Of a stretch of DNA of 64,000 nt, positions 25,701-38,504 are shown one piece after another. Under the pieces are notes generated by a model. It was given only the letters and a program-made list of their open reading frames with translations. It searched no databases and was not told the DNA's origin. Within the stretch, counting starts at the first letter, position 1. Every line of letters starts with the position of its first letter. The stretch spans positions 5,394,001-5,458,000 of the forward strand of contig NC_092672.1 of the NCBI RefSeq assembly GCF_964355755.1, read 5' to 3'. The DNA comes from Antedon mediterranea. Its lineage: Eukaryota > Animalia > Echinodermata. Both the position numbers and the translations under genes were made by a program.

Positions 25701-26079
25701 GTATTCGTAAGATTGCGAAACCTCCCTAATACTGATACTGAAAATTGTTTTCTTCTAACAGTCCTGCTAATACTAATAACATCATACATCAATTTTATTT
25801 TTCTTCAAACAGGAATGTCGTATGCCTTTCAATGGTGGTAGTTTCTTCGATCACGATGGTATTCCATACTGCGAGACACATTACCACGCCGTACGCGGAT
25901 CCCTCTGCGCTGGCTGCAGAATGCCAGTCACTGGAAGATGCATCACAGCCATGGGCAAGAAGTTTCACCCAGAGCACTTTTCTTGCGCATACTGCCTGAA
26001 ACAACTCAACAAAGGCACCTTCAAGGAACAGAATGATAAGCCTTATTGCCATACATGTTTTACAAAGTTGTTTAGCTAG
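1772..26079 (+). CDS. PXN: Paxillin (exons 1772-1784, 13287-13438, 13872-14130, 14733-14844, 16978-17197, 17764-17967, 18307-18480, 18672-18902, 25813-26079)
   Basis: A 13-nt first coding exon ATGGAAGACCTCG|GT gives LD1 MEDLDKLLEEL. LD2 [14 protein letters not shown]4 [19 protein letters not shown]5 [13 protein letters not shown], and four C-terminal LIM domains ending [13 protein letters not shown]. All splice phases are compatible. Confidence 0.96.
2209..2280 (-). tRNA. tRNA-like gene or pseudogene with Asp-like ATC anticodon (or tRNA-derived repeat)
   Basis: The minus strand GCCTCAG TG GTCTAATGGTTAGTAC A TCTGC ATATCAA GCAGG CGGT CCGAG TTCGAGT CTCGG TTGGGGC G folds as a cloverleaf with A and B boxes and G73, followed by ACTTTTT. 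Confidence 0.6.
4306..4342 (+). ncRNA. Minimal type I hammerhead ribozyme motif (Penelope-like retroelement remnant)
   Basis: GCA-CTGATGA-A-GGGC-tagtgtt-GCCC-GAAA-GCTC-TGC: intact core, 4-bp stem II, palindromic AGCT stem III, CUC cleavage triplet, 3-bp stem I. Confidence 0.6.
9861..9968 (+). repeat. 13-bp minisatellite (GGGGAATGTTCCA)x8
   Basis: Eight perfect consecutive units plus a final GGGG; the source of the repetitive spurious ORFs 9649-10041 and 9852-10037. Confidence 0.95.
10525..10790. repeat. Imperfect tandem repeat
   Basis: Recurring blocks taagacatagtcaacatatgagacataat and aagcatggacctaatttataggttcatggtataagacat. Confidence 0.8.
10890..11130. repeat. ~131-bp tandem duplication (2 copies)
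   Basis: ccctgttaaaa...cacatacttgtacctttaa starts at 10892 and 11023 and the copies are near identical. Confidence 0.9.
11585..12968. mobile_element. Non-autonomous Helitron/Helentron-like element
   Basis: CpG-rich island in an AT-rich intron; terminal hairpin GGTTATCC-tgcaacttcgttgc-GGATAACC next to a (GAT)n/AGAA microsatellite; internal diverged ~355-bp duplication (around 11740 and 12096); no TIR or TSD seen. The class assignment is an inference. Confidence 0.5.
13525..13677. mobile_element. Small hAT-like MITE remnant
   Basis: GC-rich ends with ggggggcccag / ctgggcccccc inverted motifs and a ...cgcccctg terminus. Confidence 0.4.
15500..15617. mobile_element. MITE family A, copy 2
   Basis: Same TIR and internal motifs. 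Confidence 0.85.
16375..16445 (+). CDS. Candidate alternative paxillin exon (alternative first exon, or mutually exclusive with exon 4)
   Basis: ATG TTT TCA GCT...ATG ACC AT|GTAAGT encodes [23 protein letters not shown]. Its phase-2 donor matches the 16978 acceptor, and the internal tttcag| acceptor at 16385 is phase 1, like exon 4. Confidence 0.5.
17403..17533. mobile_element. MITE family A, copy 3
   Basis: Same TIR; TTA/TTA flanks. Confidence 0.8.
20852..22769 (+). CDS. Harbinger DDE transposase (HARBI1/DDE_Tnp_4 family), exons 20852-21170, 21312-21427, 21969-22769; 411 aa
   Basis: Motifs [50 protein letters not shown] and [17 protein letters not shown]; spliced ORF has no stops or frameshifts. 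Confidence 0.95.
21557..25235 (-). CDS. Harbinger accessory Myb/SANT (MADF) plus BESS protein, exons 25235-25055, 23079-22904, 21874-21557; ~224 aa (an in-frame ATG also at 25265)
   Basis: [21 protein letters not shown]...YSNR, then [12 protein letters not shown]...SGS...[11 protein letters not shown] (MADF) and C-terminal [17 protein letters not shown]...KIQNDIFE (BESS-like). Both donors are GTAAGT and phases 1 and 0 match. Confidence 0.9.
23177..23980. repeat. 183-bp AT-rich tandem repeat (~4.4 copies, each built of two related ~90-bp halves) in intron 1 of the MADF gene
   Basis: acttggaatatatactgtgtatatg recurs at 23178, 23361, 23544, 23727 and 23910. Confidence 0.93.
24308..24480. mobile_element. 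CAGGG-terminated MITE copy inside the Harbinger (same family as 52920-53094, opposite orientation)
   Basis: Reverse-complement match over ~170 bp to 52920-53094; the right end is eroded. Confidence 0.8.
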
Positions 26080-27194
26080 AATAATAGACCTATTTTAGCC
26101 AAAAACATTGTTTAACTGTATATATCGCTTACCATAATACTCAAATATGGTTTTGCAAATAGCAGTATTCTAAAGGCGCTACTTACTGTATTTGAAGTAC
26201 TTATAATAAGAATTTATCATCTTAAAAATTGAGACTGACACTTTTGCACACGCTGAGTGTTAAATTCAAACAAATTTATTATTCTATGCATACATGTGGT
26301 ACAGTATATTCGTATATGATTCATATAATATATGGCTGGGTTTAATAGGAATAATACAAAAAGTAATTGTTATTTAGTTACAACAGTGAGTAGTTCTAGA
26401 TGTAAGACAGTAATGTTCAAAATCACATTACTACAAACGAAAGAATGGCAGATAGAGGAATTGTAATACAGTATTGGGGTGGTCCACCTATGTTATATAG
26501 TATACACTGAACTAATGATGATGTGTTATAGCCTTGTTGTACTAATTATCTTACAACTAAACTGTGTCAAAAACCATATTCTAGAAAACTATTACAGAGC
26601 TGTAACGTAGCAGTGTTTAAAGATTAAAATAGAACATGTACTTGCTTAATGTAGTAATGTACAACATAGGATTCTGTTAGTGTGCTAGATTATATGTAAC
26701 TTTGCATGTCCTAGCTTTGCACTTCGCATCTGTTTTTGTGTATACAGTGCAGTAACCCAACCTATCAACTGCAAACAGCATTTTGATTATTTTCAACTGA
26801 ATGCCGTTGTATGATGTTATACAGATCTTTTTAATAATTGTCTTGATAACAGTATTACTGATAGAGATATGCAAATGAGAGACGGCACTGTATTGTATGG
26901 TAAGAAGATTGTCAGTTGTACAAAAGAATGTTTTAAATTTCCTACCGAAGTGTATTTTAACATTTACTAAAATTTTAATGATGTTGTCTTTAAGTGTCTT
27001 CTACTGTATTATCAGTGGCTAATCATCCTTCATCACAAATTTTAATACTAAATTAATTTTTCTACTTAGTTTTAATAATGTTAATTAAAATGCACTAATA
27101 TATTTTTATTTATTTTTTTGATAGCAATAAGTGATAAATTGCTATAATGGATGAAGGTACTGATTGAAAAAATGTTTTAAAATTATAATTTATT

Positions 27195-27420
27195 TTAATT
27201 GATCAATTATTGATTGTGATTGATCAAATATAATTTGTTACGATTGATTGTATTGATCTAGATAATTGGTTAAAATTGATCAAGTATTTAATGATTGATT
27301 TTATTGATCTAGATAATTGGTTAAGATTGATCAAGTATTTATTGATTACATATTGATCTAGACAATTAAGATCAAGTATTGATCAATTGATTGTAATTGA
27401 TCTCTTATGATCGATTGTTA
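27195..27420. repeat. Degenerate ATTGATC(A/T)-rich short tandem repeat downstream of the paxillin stop
   Basis: Many attgatc/ttgatcaa words at short irregular spacing. Confidence 0.65.
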
Positions 27421-29418
27421 ATTAAAAGTTTTAAGGTTTCTCGTTGCGAATGTGCCAAGTTTTGTGTGCTTTTAGAACAAGATATATATATGAATCTATG
27501 TTTAAGATTTGAATAGGAAAATTGCTAATAATTGTGTATTCTGTAATTGCTACTAAATATGACCAAAACATGATAATGATACGATTGGTTTTCCCATTAC
27601 ATATAATTCACAGTTTATAGGTAGGGTGGTTTTGCTAATTTAAGTATAATATTATAAGGTTTACTAACACAGTATTTGTAGTACATTAAGATACAGAGTC
27701 TGCGATTAGTGTAAGGTCAAAGGTCAAAATCACCGTTGTATTTTAGTTCTATATCAACTCTTAACAAATTACAAGGAAACATTAAATTGATGAGATTTTT
27801 TTAAACCAATTATGCAATCTAAATTTTCTTTGTTTTGGTCAGTTATAGTATAAGAAAGTGTATGTTGGGCTTACAGATTTAGAATATTTTATGTATTTTG
27901 AATCGCATATTCATTCATTATTTATCGTATTCATTTTTTATTATTATTATTATTATAAGAGAAATACTACAAAACCCATCCCAAAGTTTTGAGTAATTTC
28001 CATGCAAATAATCAAGCATTTAACTTCTACGTTTTTGAACTTTAATAATATATAAATTCATGCTTGATTTGCCTTTTGCTTTTATTTAAGAATACTACAA
28101 AATATGATTTGTATGATCTGTTGTTATATTATATACAATTCATTTATGTACTGTAATCTTGGTGCTTCTAAATCTAACTGTAGCAAGGTCACATTTTTTA
28201 ATATGTGAAAAATAATATAAATGCCATTTGAAATTTCAATCTAAATTGCTCTTCACAAAATATTTAATTCTGGTTTTCCAGATTATTCGGAAAGAATTTG
28301 AGAAACCTTAAAAATATCTCAGTTGTGGGAAAGATTATTATCTTCTTTTTCTAAACATTTCAACTTTGTATACATAAAATGATAATTTTTATTCCTTATT
28401 TTACACATGTCACAAAGGTAAAATGAATGTGAAACTGTATAATATGCAAGCTAATTGCATGGCTATACTTAATGATTTTTCCATGTCTTTTATCTGAGCT
28501 CTGATTGGTTAAGTACACTATTATTTCATGTGAGTATTAATGTAGCTCATAAAAAATGTTTTTTTTAAATAGAATTGTACAGGAAATAATAAAAGACAAT
28601 TAGGGATGATTTTTTTTTGTAAAATAAATATCTTAAATATCTTGCAATTACTACTGTTTTTATTATTATTCAATAGATAGTATAAATTATAAATAAAGGG
28701 GGTTTGTTCCGATGCAAACCTACCAATACAAATACCTCAGAAGAATAAACAGATTAATTTAGTTTTAAATAACTGTGACAAATAATAGAAATGAATGTTT
28801 ATGGATAAAAATCATGCTTAAATGGAGAAGAGGAATCAACTTAATAAGTTATGATGTTGAAAAGCAGGCAGGCAGTTGAATTTATTATAACCCTGATAAA
28901 ATGAATACACAGAATAATATGGGCCTCAACAGCAGCTCTAAGCAACAATTTTGTAATAATTTGGCAAACTCGATTGATTTTCTGGCAACGACAAAGTAAA
29001 ATTTATAAATAAAAAACGTGTGATCAAGTTTAGTAGTAGTCGACAGAAGATCCAACAAATAAGTTTTATAAAGGTATGTATTTTAAAAATTGTTATGCTA
29101 CTAAATAAAATTAAGAGTTTATAATGTTATCTTCAAATAAAAATGTTTTAATTTGAGTATTAACTACGGAAAAACCTACCAACAGCATCCTATTCTAGGC
29201 CGACCAAACTTGGCCAGTGTACCTACGGACTTTACAGGAGTTAATACAGGTGCTGGACCTTCGAATTTCGAATAAAGTCGTTTCGTCCTTATTACTATTG
29301 TATACAATCCGTTTCTATCCAAATTCTTTTTATCTGTTGATTACGTAAACCAGATTCTTTTAATTTCGTTTTTAAGGGAATATTTGTAATTTTATATTTT
29401 GTAGGTATTTGTTGGAAA

Positions 29419-32397
29419 ATGCCACGTTATGCTCAGATCGTCATGGGTCCGGCTGGTAGTGGAAAGGTAAGAAATGCAAGAAATCACTGAAGCTTGACTG
29501 AAATTGTACTGTCCTTTACATGATGTGTGTGTTTTTCTTTATACTTTACTTTTGTTATCAAGTAGTCTACCAAACCGACACATGATCGTTACTATTATTT
29601 AAACCATTTTGTTCCTTTTTTTGTAGTCTACCTATTGCAGTCGTATGCATCAACACTTTGAGAACAGTAAGAGGACAGCCTTTATCATAAATCTTGATCC
29701 CGCAGCAGAGTATTTTAGTTATCCTGTACTAGCAGGTTTGTATCATTTTTATGGGTGAGCTCTGGCTTAGTTAAATTACCCGCTAAGTTGGCTTCATGGA
29801 CCAATTATCGCTAACTTTGGTGGGTAGGTGACTAAGCCTACCCATGGTTCCTTTATTAATAAATAGAAATGTAAGCCTTATTATTCATAGATATTCGTGA
29901 GTTGATTGAAGTTGATGATGTCATGCAAGATTCAACACTAAGTCTTGGACCAAATGGAGGTCTTGTGTTTTGCATGGAGTAAGTATCAAAATGTGTTTTC
30001 TTTTTGAAGAGAATTTAATCCAAATATATTTTTTCAATTAATTAATTGATTTCATTTATCAATTAAAACAAAATCTGTTTTCAGATATTTTGCAAAGAAT
30101 TTTGATTGGTTAGAGGAACAAATAGGAGAGACGGACGGTGATTACTTTATCTTCGATTGTCCAGGTAGGACAAATGATTGTCATTGTTTGCTAAAAGCAT
30201 CTATGATGCTTTTTTTTTCTTGTGTGAGTTCATTTATTTGAATTCTCAGTTATAAATATATTGTATACAGTGCATGTACCTTTCTGACAATTAGAGTTTT
30301 TATAGTAATTAAAATAAATGTATATCATAACATGCTTATAGTCAGTATTAACCATATTTGTTTTCATAATAAACATGATGCTACTTTAAGTTTATTATGT
30401 GCTTCAATGTAATATACGTTTCTTTAAATATTTGTTTATCACATAACATTTAACTGTATATTTACATACATATTTTCATCTTTGTTTTAAATTTCCTGCT
30501 TTATAAGCTTAGTTCTGCTTAGTACTCCAAAGCTTTTGGAGGCGTGCCTTTTTAACTATGCCTTGTGTTTGTTAACATCTTTGATTGGCTGATTTGTTTT
30601 ATTATGTAATTTTGTGACTTTAAATATAATAAATGTTATCCTTTGTTCAATTCTCTTCACATGATGATGGGCTATGCCCGAAACATGTCGTAAAAATAAA
30701 CTTATATTGAGGCAATTTTAACATATTTGATCTCTATTTTCATTTTCATTATATTTTTAGGCCAGATTGAATTATACACGCATATCCCTGTTATGAGGCA
30801 ACTGGTGGAGCTTCTGCAGGGTTGGGATTTCAGGCTGTGTGGCCTGTTCCTCATTGACTCACAGTTCATGATTGACACTTCTAAATTCTTTTCTGGTTAG
30901 TCTTTGATAAGCCTTTTTACAGGTATTATTTATTCAAATATTAAGCAGGCATCAGGTCCATAAAATGCTTCAGCATAAAATAGGTTGTTGAGGCAATGGA
31001 GGTCCCAATCAGATACATGCGGTTGTGTTGAAGAAAAACATTTTGTCAACTTTGGTTAAAAAATTAATATAATTTACTGTAATAGATACAATCATTAATT
31101 ATATCCTTTTATTGCAAAGAATGCAACAAAAAAACAGTAACAAGTATGTAGTAAGTAATATAAAGTGAATTTACAAAATGTTAAAATGTTATAGGCCTCC
31201 ACTGATAAAGTTGATCAAATTTTAATTATAAAAAACATTAGAAAATAATGCCACAAAAGAGAGAAAAACAATAAGTATGCAAATACGAGGTCTCTATACA
31301 TGTTTAATGTCCTTTTCCAATTAAAAAGAAAAATAGTATTTTACCCGAGACTGAGAGAAAAAAATTCCTTCATTAAGCTCTGTCTAAACTAGTTTGACAA
31401 AAAAGTGTGATGTGCCCATATATGGCAGTGATATTATACCAAATATAATAGTATGTGGACACATAACATTTTTTTTGTCACATAAAGTTTGATAGTTTAG
31501 AAAGAGCTTAAAGCAAGTTAATAATTTTAATTTTGCTATAGGTACAATGTCTGCTTTATCCACAATGGTGAACCTGGAGATTCCACATATTAATGTCATG
31601 ACAAAGATGGACTTGCTTAGTGCTAAAGATAAACAGTCAGTTGAAAAGTAAGTAAGCATATTTTCTTTTGTTACCAGGATGGCCCCTGTATCAGGATTAC
31701 ACCTATCTGACAGTGATTAATTTACTATTTGTAATCCAAAACATTTGCCTAAAGACATAAAATAAAAAAAATAAAAACTAGTGAATGATTATCAACCAAC
31801 ATCATTTTCCACTACTGATTCAATCATTTCATATCATTATCATAACCTTTATTTTTGTTATAGATTTCTTGACCCAGACACAAATGCATTGATAGGCGAT
31901 CTTCACACAAACAACAAGAAGTTTGAGAAATTAAATCAGGCAATTGCTGCACTGGTAATGACATTTTAGCCTGAAAAAATAAATTTTTAAGGAGCAATAG
32001 CCTACTAAATTCCGTACCCTTTAAAATATCAGAGAAAAAAGTAGAACATGGGTAAAGTGTAAAAGTAAAAGTGTGATATGCCCAAACATGGTAGTGATAT
32101 GACATCATCAAGTCCATACAGTATATGGGCACATCGCATTTTTTTGTCACAAAGTTTGATAGTGTAGACAGCTTTAGAATGAAGAAAAAAATATCTCCTA
32201 AATTTGTTTTCAATTTTTAGATTGATGACTATTCATTGGTGAAGTTCACTCCTCTTAACTACAACGTTGAGGAAACCATAGAGGAGCTACTTCTGAACAT
32301 TGACATGACCTTACAGTATGATGAAGATCAAGAGGTCAGACCTCCACCAGATATAGATCCAGATGATGATGTCGACTCTGGTGTGGCAGAAGGATGA
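29419..32397 (+). CDS. GPN3: GPN-loop GTPase 3 (exons 29419-29466, 29627-29735, 29891-29978, 30085-30164, 30761-30895, 31542-31647, 31864-31954, 32221-32397)
   Basis: [21 protein letters not shown]-loop, [44 protein letters not shown] and IDDYSLVKF; phases consistent. Confidence 0.96.
30658..30692 (+). ncRNA. Degenerate minimal hammerhead motif
   Basis: AC-aTGATGA-T-GGGC-tat-GCCC-GAAA-CATGTC-GT; the first core C is replaced by A. Confidence 0.4.
31376..31508. mobile_element. MITE family A, copy 4
   Basis: Same TIR and internal motifs. Confidence 0.8.
32085..32173. mobile_element. MITE family A, copy 5 (left-truncated)
   Basis: Internal motifs and right TIR only. Confidence 0.7.
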
Positions 32398-33352
32398 AGA
32401 GATCCTGACAAACAATCCTCAGTTAGAAGATTGGGTTGCAGTAGTGGAAATCCTTAAAGATATGCTAGCCTTGATGAAAAGTCACAGGTCAAGTGCTTTA
32501 GCTAGTTGTGTTAGACCTCGAAATAAAGGTGGAAACTACCATTATGGTTTAGGTGAGTGGTGAGGGACAAAAATAATCTGCTTGGAAAATAAGAAAGGTT
32601 ATATAAATGCTTCTGTAATAAGGAAGATGTACCAACTGTCCTTTCACTTTGTCTCTAAAACTTGGTTCCCACTAGCGTTGCAACATAAGCAAATGCCCTT
32701 CTAATAATTGTGTTTGCCCCCACCTACATAAAATCAAACCTGTGATGTTTGCAGCACTATTGCGTCGTCGGTTCCCACTATAGATTTAAAGTCTACAGTA
32801 CTGGCTGCAATAATGTCCATGCAGTTAGTTTTTGTTTTAATTAGTATGCAATTATTCAAAGAATCTCATTTACATATGATTTGCATGCAGTCGGTATTTA
32901 CACTGTATAGTTCTTTTGTTCTGCTCAGTAGCAATTGAGCAGCCACAGAGTAGAGACCATTAAACCAGTACACCATATTTCTTGTGGATTTATTTTGCTT
33001 TACATACCATTGGATTTATACTTTGCCAAATGGATTTACATTGAACATATGTATGTATTATTTACTTTATATTATGTTATATAATGTTGCAATTAAAAGA
33101 TTATAAATTACAGTACCTACATATTCAGTAATGTATTTTGTAAAATTATCGGACAGAAACGTTATATATACAGTATACACAAAAAGCACTACTGTCTGGC
33201 AATTCCATACTTTCGACTATAGAGGGCGTAAATATTTGTAAATTCTACACTAATTTTTTTTAATTTTTGAAAAATTTACTTTCGATTTTGACTACCAAAA
33301 GATTACTAATGATAATTTGATCTTCCATTCGTCTTTGTAATTCGTATCAACG

Positions 33353-36300
33353 ATGGCGTCTTGTAAAAGCTGTGCCAGTCAAATCTTCGTAGGCTTAGAT
33401 TTTTTAGTATTTGTTATTGGTAAGTTATTTTAACCGTTTGGACTTGTTTTGATTATTGATAATTGTGCGGTAGCTATAGGCCTAGTTAGGCCTCTAGGCT
33501 AGCCTAGTAAGGCCTCTAGGCTAGCCTAGTAAGTATGAAGAAGACTAGGCCCGGCCCAGCTAAGTTCCTAGTTAGGCTAGGCGTACTACTACTAGGCCCC
33601 TAGTCTCTAGAGCCTAGGCTAGAAAAAGTATTTATCATTATAAAGCTACTTTATATACTTCTATTCTAGAGTCAGTATGGCCCAGCAAGGTTTATGAAAA
33701 TATCTCAGTATTTAGAAAATATTTTACTTAACAACAATGACAAGAAACTGTTTGATATTAATTTAATACAAATGTTTTGATGTATAAATTTATTATAAAT
33801 ATAAAATTAGCCAGTTAATTTGTGTTTTAAAAGTAAAAAACTGTCAAATCAGGCACCGCTGTCAGCCATTAAATGCATTGTTTCCCGTTGTAATGTAGGC
33901 CTAAATATATAGCCTACTAGGCTTATTGCAATATCATCACAAATTAGAGTACTGTAATCTTTTTTTTTTTGTATTCATAGTTGTAATTATTGCTATTTTG
34001 TTCCGTGTGCCTGGATTGGATCTACCGTTATTCATTCAAGGATTCTATTGTAATGATGAATCAATAAGCTACCCATACATACCATCTACTGTACCTATTG
34101 GAGTGGTTTATGGAGTTGGAATCATTATGAACTGTTTAATTGTAAGTAAGCCTTGTTTTGCCATCCATGGTTTCTTTTTTTTTTTCATACCATTCCAACA
34201 GCGAGCATAAACTTGCCAATTACAGGCATGTACTATTTTATAACTTATCGTGCTTATAAACTAAGTCTTATTTGATGCTTTGGGAGTGGAGTTAAAAAGA
34301 GTTGTGAGCACCACTGTAGGTCAGGATTGAACCTTGGACCTTGTGATTGGAAGGCAAGCACTTTAACCACTAAGAATTAATGACAGCTCAAATACAACAT
34401 TAATTTGAGGATGAAGTCCAGTAAAATTTCTGGGTTTTAACTTTTTGACAACCACTGATATCCCCTAGGCTACATCCTGATTAATACTTTATTGTAGAAA
34501 TATTTTCTTAAAGAATTTAAATAAACTACATTTGACGAAAAAAAATTACAAAATGCTCGAATTAAGAATTAATGAGTAAATCACTAGCCAACTTTACAAG
34601 TCAACTAATAATTCATGAGAGGTGTGAAATCGTAGAAAATTAGTAGCTAAATATTCAGTGGGTTGTTGGATGATTTACCAAATGAAGAGATTTAAGCTAA
34701 AATACTGCATCATAGAGGTAGTGAGCACTCCATTAGTACAAAACTAATAACGTTCATTGTCATCCGTCTTGTGGATAATCTCCTTGAGTGGGAGACTTAA
34801 TGCAAAGAATTATTTAGACTGCATATTTGGCAAACTACACAATACTGTAAACTGAGCTTCTTCTTAAGCCTGTCTACTCTATCAAACTTTAGGTGTCGAA
34901 AAAATGTGATGTGTCCATATATGGACACAATGACATCATATCACTGTCATATTTGGTCATATTACTATCATATTTGGGCACATCATATGTTTTTTGTCAA
35001 ACTAGTTTGATAGTGTAGACATAGCTTTACTATTCTTTAAAGATTTGGAGTTGAGTTGTGGATTGGTGGTTATGATGCTTGGCTACCACTCCAAGGGTCC
35101 TGGGTTCACATGTCAGGATTGTTTCTAAGGACAAAATTACAACTCCACTCCCAAGACTTGTAATAAGACTTTGTTTATGTAGAGCATCTTGTGTATGTTT
35201 GTCTTGTAGATCTAAGGATCCCTAATGATGAGCAATTGCTGGATGTATCACCCTAATTAAATATGGGGAAAAAAAACCCATTGATGCAACAAGGGAAGTT
35301 CTCTGCTGATCCTTGTACATAACGCTAACTGTCAAATTGATTGTTTCCTTTGCAAACGCTTGTTTAGTCACAGCATCAATAATTAGAAGTTGTATTTTAC
35401 GTATGTGAAACACTACAGCATAAATTAAACAGGCAGACCAAATCGTTATTCAGACAGATTATGCCATCAGACTTTGTCCCTTACACTTGCATTATTATAA
35501 AATGATGAATAGTATTGTTATGTACATAGGCAATATTATAATTTAAATTTATTAACATTATTATTTGCTTGCCACCTTCATTAGTAATTTTCTGATTATT
35601 TTACAAAAATCATTAAATATATTTAACAAACATTTTTTTTATTTTAAAGACCCCTTCCCTGCAATTTTGGACGTTTTTTGGAAAATAATACATATATATC
35701 ACTTTAAAAACATTAAACCATGTCATTCCTTGTCTTAAATGTACGTTTTATGGTAAATTATGATAAAAAGTGAGAAACAATGCACTACCTAAGTAGCTCG
35801 CGGCGATCGACCTCTCGTGGACGGTCTCAGGCCTAGCCTAGCTAGGCTTAGTTTTGTAGGCCTAGCTGGTAAACATCGGTAACGTACGAACATCGTACGC
35901 TAGCTATATACCTAGCCTGACGTTGTATAGTTGCTGCATTAATTGTCTTTCTATTTTTGCCAGACTCCGTTGATACAAATTGGGGAAAACCCGGTATTTT
36001 CGCTGAAAAGTTAGGAGTCTTCCATTTGTTTTGGCTTCACGATCGATCGAAAAGTGGGCGAATTACAGGTGAAAAACAACAATATCAATCCGCGCGCAAT
36101 GCATTTTGGGATTTATAGCGGGCCGCTATAATTATTAAAATCGATTTATTTTTCACATTTTTAACCGTTTAAAGACGAAAAAAGTTATCGCAATAGGACC
36201 ATATAGTATTATTTTTACATTAAATATAGTTTGTGATCTTAAATTAGATCTAAAAAACGTAGGGAATGGGGCTTTAACATTGCTAATAATACTAATATTT

Positions 36301-38504
36301 CAAACCTGATTACCAAGGCCAATTTACACAAAAATACAGAATCTATGTTATTCCTTTAATGACCATTTACCCAACGCGGAGCGGACGAGCAGTTTCTGTT
36401 GAGGATACTTCAGATACAGATTTTATTACGGAAGCTACTCAGTTTTCCGCTTACGGTTACCGCTTGTCTGTGTAAATTGGTCTTTATTCATACTTTGTTT
36501 CACAAGGGTAGGAACGTGTTGAACAATTTTAAAATGTCAATTTGTTTTTATCAAAAATTTAAAACTTGCAATGCATGCAAATACAATTTAATTTGTTTCA
36601 TTGACTTTCACTTCAGGTCCTCGTTGCAGAAATCATTACATACAACAAACGTAAGCAACAAGGCATACAATACTTGCAGCCAGACACGGTAAACCGTTGC
36701 TGCTCCATTCCGGTCCACCCCGTACTCTATGAAGTTACCAAATACTGGATCCACTTTGCTTTCGGTCTGTTCCTCACGATGGTCACATTTGACGTCACTA
36801 AGAACATTGTCGGAAGATTAAGGCCAAATTTTCTGGATGTCTGCCAGGCAAATTTCACTCTTGTGGATTGTAAAAATGGGTCGATTCAAGCATATATTGA
36901 GGAGGATGTCTGCACTGGACCTATTGAAGAAGTATTAGCATCAAGGTCTGCATTATGCCTACTTTTTTTAAATAATAATTTGTAAAAAAATACTTAACCC
37001 ATCCAGGGTATTAAATGGGAGTATTTTCTCTCACTTCCTGAACACAATCTTTCACAGAAACATTTGCTGTACTTATAGTATACTACTTACTAAAACTGTT
37101 TGTACTTCAGTTTATAGTTTTATAACAGATTTGTTATGGTTTTACTCTCACTATTTTTTGCAGTAATTACATTTATATAACTGTATTAAGTAACTGTAAA
37201 AATATCTAATTAAAAAAATGCCGTTAGAATATATAAGTAAATATATTGTATTGGGTTTTTTTTTTTCAGGAGGTCTTTCCCGTCAGGACACTCGGCCTTA
37301 GCAGTGTACTTCATGTTATATACAACGGTAAATATACTGTAATCTTTAATTGAAATATAAATATTTCATCCCAATCACTGCCTGTAAAATTTATCTTAAA
37401 CTATAATTATAAAGCTCTGTCTACACTATCTAACTAGTTTGACATAAAAAGTGCCCATGGTAGTGATATGACATCATTATGGGCACATCACATTTTTTGT
37501 CACATGTAGACAGGGCTTAGTAATGTGTCGTTAACTTCTAATTGTGTAATTACTCCAAAACATGAGTTTTTGAACAAAACTATATCCGGAGTTATATTGG
37601 TGCCGGAGGAGGAACAGGGTTATATTTTCAGGGGAGTTGATAGGGCGTTTCCTATGGGGATGAATTCCCATAGATTGTTTTCCTTCTGGATGTTGTTTGC
37701 AGGAGAGGGTGAATTACACGAATGTTGCCCTTTGAAAAATAATTTCTATTTGTTTTTACTTTTATGCTACAGTTATACCTTGAGAGCAGATGGAGTTGGA
37801 ATGGCTCCTACCTATTGAAACCATTCACACAGCTTGGCCTGCTGTACCTTGCTTTCTATGTCTGTGTTAGTCGCATGTTGGACAACAAACATCATCTTGG
37901 CGACGTGTTTGTCGGTGCTCTCATTGGAATTGTTTATGCTGTATTTGTTGTAAGTATTACTAAACAATAAAAAAAATGTCATTGTAAACTTTGGTCTTTT
38001 TCATAAGTGGTAGGCATAGTATCCTTGCACAGTCGTATTCTCTCCTGATTTATGTTTTGTTCTTCTTTGACGTAATATTTTCTATTTTGTTTAATTTCGA
38101 TATTTTTTATGGATTTGATATTTGCATATAATTATAATAATATTCAACAAATTAAAAAGTTGTAATAAAAGTATTTATCAGTTATGAGTTACGATAGTGT
38201 TTTATAGAATAATAATAACATGCAGGTGTCTAATTTTTACACCAACGTCAATTGAAGTTCAATTTTCACAACTTAATTTGAATTTCTAAGGTGGTGTTTT
38301 CTACACTTCAAAGAGGAAAGTTGTTGTTTGCATTCCTATTTATTTTTGAGCATTTGTTTGATTTTTTGTCAACAGGCTTTTCGATTGTCGAATCTCTTTT
38401 ACTATCGTCGACATCAAGAACATCAAGAGCTTGATTTCTGTGGCACTGATACCATGTTGGTTGAAATGAATACAACGAGTAGTAAAAAGTCTAATCGTAA
38501 ATGA
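33353..38504 (+). CDS. Phospholipid phosphatase (PLPP/PAP2, wunen-like) paralog A (exons 33353-33419, 33981-34141, 36617-36945, 37270-37327, 37773-37949, 38376-38504)
   Basis: QGFYCNDESISYPY; catalytic motifs C1 KNIVGRLRP, C2 SFPSGH and C3 SRMLDNKHHLGDV. Confidence 0.93.
34867..35026. mobile_element. MITE family A, copy 6
   Basis: Same TIR and internal motifs. Confidence 0.8.
35046..35275 (+). mobile_element. tRNA-derived SINE, family X
   Basis: A-box-like head tggattggtggtta and an A-rich tail; near-identical to 42847-43091. Confidence 0.75.
35648..36273. mobile_element. Kolobok-like non-autonomous DNA transposon
   Basis: TTAA|AG...CT|TTAA boundaries; imperfect TIR AGACCCCTTCCCT / AGCCCCATTCCCT; CpG-rich core. 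Confidence 0.65.
37413..37517. mobile_element. MITE family A, copy 7
   Basis: Same TIR, internally deleted. Confidence 0.78.

Larger units (their letters stand above)
19373..25727. mobile_element. ~450-bp non-autonomous TIR element (PHIS group, Pangu/ISL2EU-like) interrupted by the Harbinger insertion
   Basis: 40-bp TIR AGGGAGGTTTCGCAA(C/T)CTTAC(A/G)AATACGATAACGAAAACG at both ends; AAT directly repeated on both flanks. Confidence 0.85.

Noticed and set aside
32363-32563. 66-aa ORF overlapping the GPN3 end
   Set aside because: Different frame running into the 3' UTR; no recognisable motif.
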